DNA of 12,350 nt from the NCBI RefSeq assembly GCF_006345805.1, contig NW_021826623.1, positions 1 through 12,350 on the forward strand, given 5' to 3'. Under the pieces are notes generated by a model. The model had not been told where the DNA came from, searched no databases, and was given only the letters and a program-made list of their open reading frames with translations. Shown here piece by piece: positions 7,524-12,350 of this stretch (positions are counted from its first letter, which is position 1; every line of letters begins with the position of its first letter). Both the position numbers and the translations under genes were made by a program. This DNA comes from Octopus sinensis (Eukaryota).

Positions 7524-7671
7524 ATAATTTTTTTCTCTACTCTAGGTACAAGGCTCGAAATTTTGGTGGGGTGGAGGGGGTCAGTCGATTAGATCGACTC
7601 CAGTACGCAACTGGTACTTAATTTATCGACCCCGAAAGGATGAAAGACAAAGTCGACCTCGGCGGAATTTG
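7524..7671 (-). mobile_element. Family B SINE, 5'-truncated, tail type 2
   Basis: Core GGTACTTAATTTATCGACCCCGAAAGGATGAAAGACAAAGTCGACCTCGGCGGAATTTG, with tail TTTCTCTACTCTAGGTACAAGGC. Confidence 0.9.
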
Positions 7672-7706
7672 TCTCTGTGTATGGTATAATGTATGTATTG
7701 TGTAGA

Positions 7707-7931
7707 CAGAAGCGTTAGCACGTCGGGCGAAATGCTTATCGGTATTTCGTCTGCCGTTACGTTCTGAGTTCAAATTCTGCCGAGGTCGACTTTGCCTTTC
7801 ATCCTTTCGGAGTCGATTAAATAAGTACCAGTTACGCACTGGGGTCGATATAATCGATTAATCCGTTTGTCTGTCCTTGTTTGTCCTCTCTGTGCATAGC
7901 CCCTTGTGGGCAGTAAAGAAATAGGTATTTC
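7707..7931 (+). mobile_element. Family B SINE, near full length, tail type 1
   Basis: Hairpin at 7724-7753, B box GAGTTCAAATTC, then core and tail ending GCAGTAAAGAAATAGGTATTTC. Confidence 0.9.
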
Positions 7932-8135
7932 ATTTGTCTTTATGTTCTGAGTTCAAATTCCACCGATGTCGACTTTGTCTTTCATCCTTTCGGGGTCGAT
8001 AAATTACGCAACTGGTACTTAATTTATCGACTGGTGCCCTCCACCCCCCAAATTTCGGGCCTTGTACCTAGAGTAGAGAAAAAAATTATACATACAGACA
8101 AACTTCGGGCCTTGAGCCTGGGGTAGAAAAGAATA
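7924..8135 (+). mobile_element. Family B SINE, tandem partial copy with micro-inversion and duplicated type 2 tail
   Basis: The sequence re-enters at GGTATTTC..GTTCTGAGTTCAAATTCC. It has an inverted 8007-8031 segment, and tail units at 8051-8086 and ~8102-8135. Confidence 0.8.
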
Positions 8136-8347
8136 TATGCATTGTGTATATATGTATATATACATATATGTATGTGCATATATATAAATGTATATGTATG
8201 TATATACATATTCTCTCTCTCTCTCTTCTTCCTGTCTTTCTCTCAGTATGTCCCCAAAATACTCACACACGTTGAATGATTATAAATTCAGTGCTCATTA
8301 AAACATATTTCATTTTTAAAATTAAATAGACTCTGCAGACAAAATTT

Positions 8348-8915
8348 CATGCCGGGACACCGCCTTGAAGGGCTCAATCAAACAAATCGATCTCTCTGGA
8401 AGTCTGGTACTTACTTTATCGATCCCTTTTGCCGAACTACTGAATTACGGGTACATAAAGAAACTAACACTGTTTGTCAAACGGTTGTTGTGAACAAACA
8501 CAAAGATATGTAAAACTGTATACGATGGGCTTCCTCACAGTTTCTTATTTCTTTATTGCCCATAAGGAGCTAAACATAGAAGGGACAAACAAGGACAGAC
8601 AAAGGGATTAAGTCGATTACATCGACCTCAGTGCGTAACTGGTACTTATTTAATCGACCCCGAAAGAATGAAAGGCTTAGTCGACCTCGGCGGAATTTGA
8701 ATTCAGAATGTAGCGGCAGACGAAATACCGCTAAGCATTTCGCCCAGTGTGCTAACGTTTCTGCCAGCTCGCCGCCTTCCACACAGTTTATGCCTACCAG
8801 ATCCAGTCACGAGGCACTGGTTGGCTCGAAGCTATAGTAAAAGACACTTTCTCGAAGTGCCATACAATGGGACCGAACTCGAAACCTCATGGTAGCAAAG
8901 CGAGCTTCTTATTTA
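8348..8915 (-). mobile_element. Old family A SINE split by a family B insertion
   Basis: 3' part 8348-8543 (CATGCCGGGACACCGCCTTGAAG..TACGATGGGCTTC) and 5' part 8776-8915 (CCTACCAGATCCAGTCACGAGG..GCTATAGTAAAAGACAC..GCGAGCTTCTT). Confidence 0.75.
8544..8775 (-). mobile_element. Family B SINE, full length, with 14-bp target-site duplication
   Basis: Minus strand GCGGCGAGCTGGCAGAAACGTTAGCAC...GGCAATAAAGAAATAAG, flanked by CTTCCTCACAGTTT (8530-8543) and CTTCCACACAGTTT (8776-8789). Confidence 0.9.
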
Positions 8916-10367
8916 TGCAGCTTTGCCTGTGAAGCTTTTTTGCGACATATTTCTCCTGTCTCTCACAGATATTACCAAAGCAATAAATTCTCTTGGTACC
9001 ACACAGCTGCACGTTTTCTCGGCGACTTCAATTTCGTTTGAACACTGATCTATAGTTCCTTTTATTGAGTGGTCGTTTCCTCGCAAAATGACGAATATTA
9101 AGGCCAATCCTACAAAATTTCATTCTGTAAATGCTATACAAGAACTAGCATTTTCCACCATTATCATGTGAATTTGTGACCTGGCTTTAAGCTGACGTTT
9201 TATCCGGTTTTTCCAATTACTGAAGCGGATGGAGATATTGCACAATCTATATTATAATAAGAACCATGTTTCTCTGTCCGTCAAACATTATCCTCAGATC
9301 AAGATGTTATCAAGTATTTCTTTTTTTTCTTTTTGAGAAAGGAAATACAAAATAGGGAATATATTAAATCTATTCATTGAATTCGCATGTGCAATGTAAG
9401 GAAAAATAAGTGTCGTGTTTTATTTTTGATCAAAGTTTGTTTTTCTTCGCACGCCACTGAAAAATTCGTGGTCATGAATAATATTTCACTCTCCAACACA
9501 ATAATAGATTGTGTGATGAGATGAAAAAATAAAGACGGGGAGAGGGGAAGAAGAAAGAGAAAGATGATAAAAATAGTGACGGATTTACCAAGATCTTCAT
9601 TGAATAAAAAAGTTAATTCTGCAGCAAACCTATTTCGATTTATTGAATGTAGTTCCTTGAAACTACTTATTTTTTGAATTGGGTAAATCACTCGGTCACT
9701 AAAGCAGTCAATTCTACTGTTTGTAAAATAAATATATAATTTTCCGTTTAAACATTTGTTTATATATAATAATTGCACGATTATAAAAAGTGAAAGTCAT
9801 GAAAACGTTACTAATCATGAATAAAGATTAATTCACTGAAGTTTATCATTTACCATTTTGTTTGTGTATGAGGTAGTTTGGCTTAGCTATTTTACTGATA
9901 TATTATGTTAATAATGAGAACAAAATTATTATAAAACATTTCCTATTACACTCATTGTCTGCCACAAATAAAACATGCATACATACACATGCTCATAAAT
10001 GTGAGAGATTTTATGAAGGTAATCGACCTGTTAGAAATAACAGCTAAGTTTCTGTCAAACCAGAAAACACATGATAATGATGAAAACAGAACCTTGATTA
10101 GGAGTGTAACTATCATACAATGTATAAACACTGAGTTTGCACAATATCAAATAAAATATTTCACGGTTTTAGTTAAATTATCACTTATTAAGTCTTCGTT
10201 GAGAATAACAACCAAAATTTCCACAATTAAACCATGTAAAAATAGAGGTAAAGTTTAATAACTTTCTCATTCTTTTGATGACACTTTGTATTTGAACTAA
10301 TTATATTTTATATGAAAGATAGAATTTTAAATGGACACGCACTTTAAATGTAAAATTTACCGCCTCG

Positions 10368-10398
10368 CCGTCAGTGAAGTGACGGGTATCGTACTAGT
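10368..10398 (+). mobile_element. Helitron-like 3' terminus (5' end not identified)
   Basis: Hairpin CCGTCA-GTGAAG-TGACGG, then 8 nt, then CTAG|T. The spacing is the same as in the 997-1383 element. Confidence 0.5.
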
Positions 10399-10535
10399 AA
10401 TACTCATAGGCCTGACGGTAATATGTTGAGAGTTATTACACTTCTGTCTTTTACCAGACCACACTGTGATTTATCTTCTCTTTAACTGATCTACTAAGAT
10501 ACAGGGAAGTTAACAATCCAACAGAAAAGGAGTCT

Positions 10536-10542
10536 GTCTCTG

Positions 10543-10581
<39 letters not shown>

Positions 10582-10660
10582 ACATACACACACATACACG
10601 TATACACACTTGCGCGCACAAGCATACACACACATATATGCATGTGTATATATATACTAA
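10536..10660. repeat. (TC)n followed by CA/TA-rich microsatellite
   Basis: Directly visible. Confidence 0.85.
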
Positions 10661-10950
10661 TTGAATGATCATTCCCTTGCTACTCAGAGTTTGGCGTTTG
10701 TATGCGAGACTGAGCAGGATCGAAGTATATCATGTCCTGATTCCTAAAAAATACAAACTACACCATGTATTGAGAATAACCCTATCATATATAAACGAAA
10801 GCTTTTATTTGTGAGTGTGTTTAAGTGTGCTTGTTCATGTATGAGTGCGTGCATGTGTACAAAATACTACCGGTGTGTATATTTTTGCAGAAGCTACAGC
10901 TACTTTTATCGCAACTCTATGTTTCATGGGGCCGACTAATCAAATGTTAT

Positions 10951-11150
10951 GTATGTTTGTGTGTGTACATACACAAACACACACACACACACATGCACAC
11001 AAACACACACATATATATGTGTGTGTATGTCTATACATATGCATATAAAGAAAACATATATGTATATATGATGTATGTATGTGTGTGTGTGTGTGTATAA
11101 CAGTGTGCGTATGTGTGTATGTATATATATATATATATACATATATAGAT
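10951..11150. repeat. Compound TG/CA/TA microsatellite region
   Basis: Directly visible. Confidence 0.8.
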
Positions 11151-11570
11151 GCAGGAGTGGCTGTGTGGTAAGAAGCTTGCTTCCCAGCCACATGGTTCCG
11201 GGTTCAGTCTCACTGCGTAACACCTGGGGCAAGTGTCTTCTACCATAGCCTCGGGTCGACCAAAGCCTTGTGAGTGGATTTGGTAGACGGAAACTTAAAG
11301 AAGCCCATCGTATGTATATATGTGCGTGTGTGTATATGTACGTGTGTATGTATTTGTGTGTTTGTGTTTGTCCTCCCCACCATCACTTGACAACAGATGG
11401 TGGTTTGTTTACGTTCCCGTAATACAGCGGTTCAGCAAAAGAAACCGATAGAATAAGTACTAGGCTTACAAAGAATAACTCCTGGGGTCAATTTGTTCGA
11501 CTAAAGGCAGTGCTCCAGTATGGCCGCAGTGAAATGACTGAAACAAGTAAAACAATAAAATAATAAAAGA
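11151..11570 (+). mobile_element. Family A SINE, full length (tRNA head + CORE-like domain + internal TA/TG tract + 3' tail)
   Basis: A box TGGCTGTGTGG (11158-11168) and B-box-like GGTTCAGTCTC (11201-11211). CACCTGGGGCAAGTGTCTT resembles the CORE motif GACCTTGGGCAAGTCACTT. The element ends in an A-rich tail. Confidence 0.9.
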
Positions 11571-11670
11571 CTATATATATGCACAGATATAAGGCTGTGT
11601 AACGACACAAGTGTATTTTCTCCCCAGACTATCTACTCCTTCCTCCCTTTTCTCCTCTCTGGACTTTTAC

Positions 11671-11710
11671 CCCTTTCCGATGAAGAGCCCATGCTCGAAA
11701 CATCATTTTT
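11671..11710 (+). ncRNA. Degenerate Penelope-like hammerhead core (probably non-functional)
   Basis: CCGATGA-A-GAGC(CCAT)GCTC-GAAAC-ATC. Stem II is perfect and an extra A follows A9. It carries U4C and G16.2A, and has no stem I partner. Confidence 0.5.
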
Positions 11711-12350
11711 CCTATTTTTCCATCTAAAACTTTCACTGAGCGTCAATCTAAGATGTTTACTGAGTATGTCTAATTGACTTCTGTTGTTTTGTTTTTCTAT
11801 TTGTTACTTTGTTAGTTTTTGACTATATATATTTATAAATAGTTATACGTACTCTATACATTATATTATACATGTTCAACATTACATTAACATGATATGC
11901 ATTTTACATTATATATATATATTACTATATTCATGCGAATAGTATAGTGAATGAACACACGTGAGCGCACGCACACACATACTCACGTACACAAAGCCAC
12001 GTACGCCCACACGCATACAAACCAACACTGTCAGAGTAAGAACATTGATAATGCTGACAAAACATCCACTTGTAATAACAGGAACACTTCTCGAAAATTA
12101 GCGAATGTAATTTACAAGACATTTACCCAGCGTCTAGACATAACCTAGATTGCTGAAAATTGCACTGGGATTTGAAGTGGACACATTAGTCTGCACTTGT
12201 GACGTGTGTTCGCTTACACAGACTACACAGCATAACTATGATGCCAAACTAGACATTTGTTGACACCGTAATCCTACAGAATGTTACCGTTAAGAATTAT
12301 GAATGTAAAAAGCTATGATTAATTAATTTATTGGTACTCCCCACCATTCC

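Noticed and set aside
8913-9330. Exon-like or Tc1-like peptides (e.g. GLNIRHFARKRPLNKRN; RFIRFFQLLKRMEILHN)
   Set aside because: Splice phases conflict with in-frame stops, and the similarity to Tc1 transposase is too weak to support.
9374-9778. 134-aa minus-strand ORF outside microsatellites
   Set aside because: It is long for AT-rich DNA, but has a non-ATG start, no recognisable domain, and a hydrophobic stretch derived from a GA-rich low-complexity tract. Strand skew lowers stop frequency, and a TBLASTN hit would be needed to revive it.

Overview
AT-rich, microsatellite-dense, non-coding eukaryotic DNA. I recognise no host protein-coding gene, and most ORF-track entries are artefacts of (TA)n/(TG)n/(AAT)n tracts or SINEs. 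The repeat families look like those I recall from octopus (coleoid cephalopod) genomes; this is recollection, not a database result. The window is a mosaic of mobile elements. It holds several tRNA-headed SINE families, labelled here A (CORE-like), B (hairpin-headed, two alternative tails) and C (tRNA-Arg-like head). It also holds a complete non-autonomous Helitron plus a second Helitron 3' end, a mariner-type MITE, a Tigger-like end, and a CR1/L2/Jockey-group LINE remnant. The most interesting structure is at 4565-5088 (minus strand): a tRNA-headed element whose 3' part carries a Penelope-type minimal (dimer-dependent) hammerhead ribozyme. Its internal (TAA)n tract has been hit by a 5'-truncated R4/Dong-like LINE. 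Other notable items are a second decayed hammerhead core (11677-11704), a tRNA-like cloverleaf closed by an 18-bp stem (5815-5927), and an inverted duplication with a template-switch micro-inversion (7516-8097).
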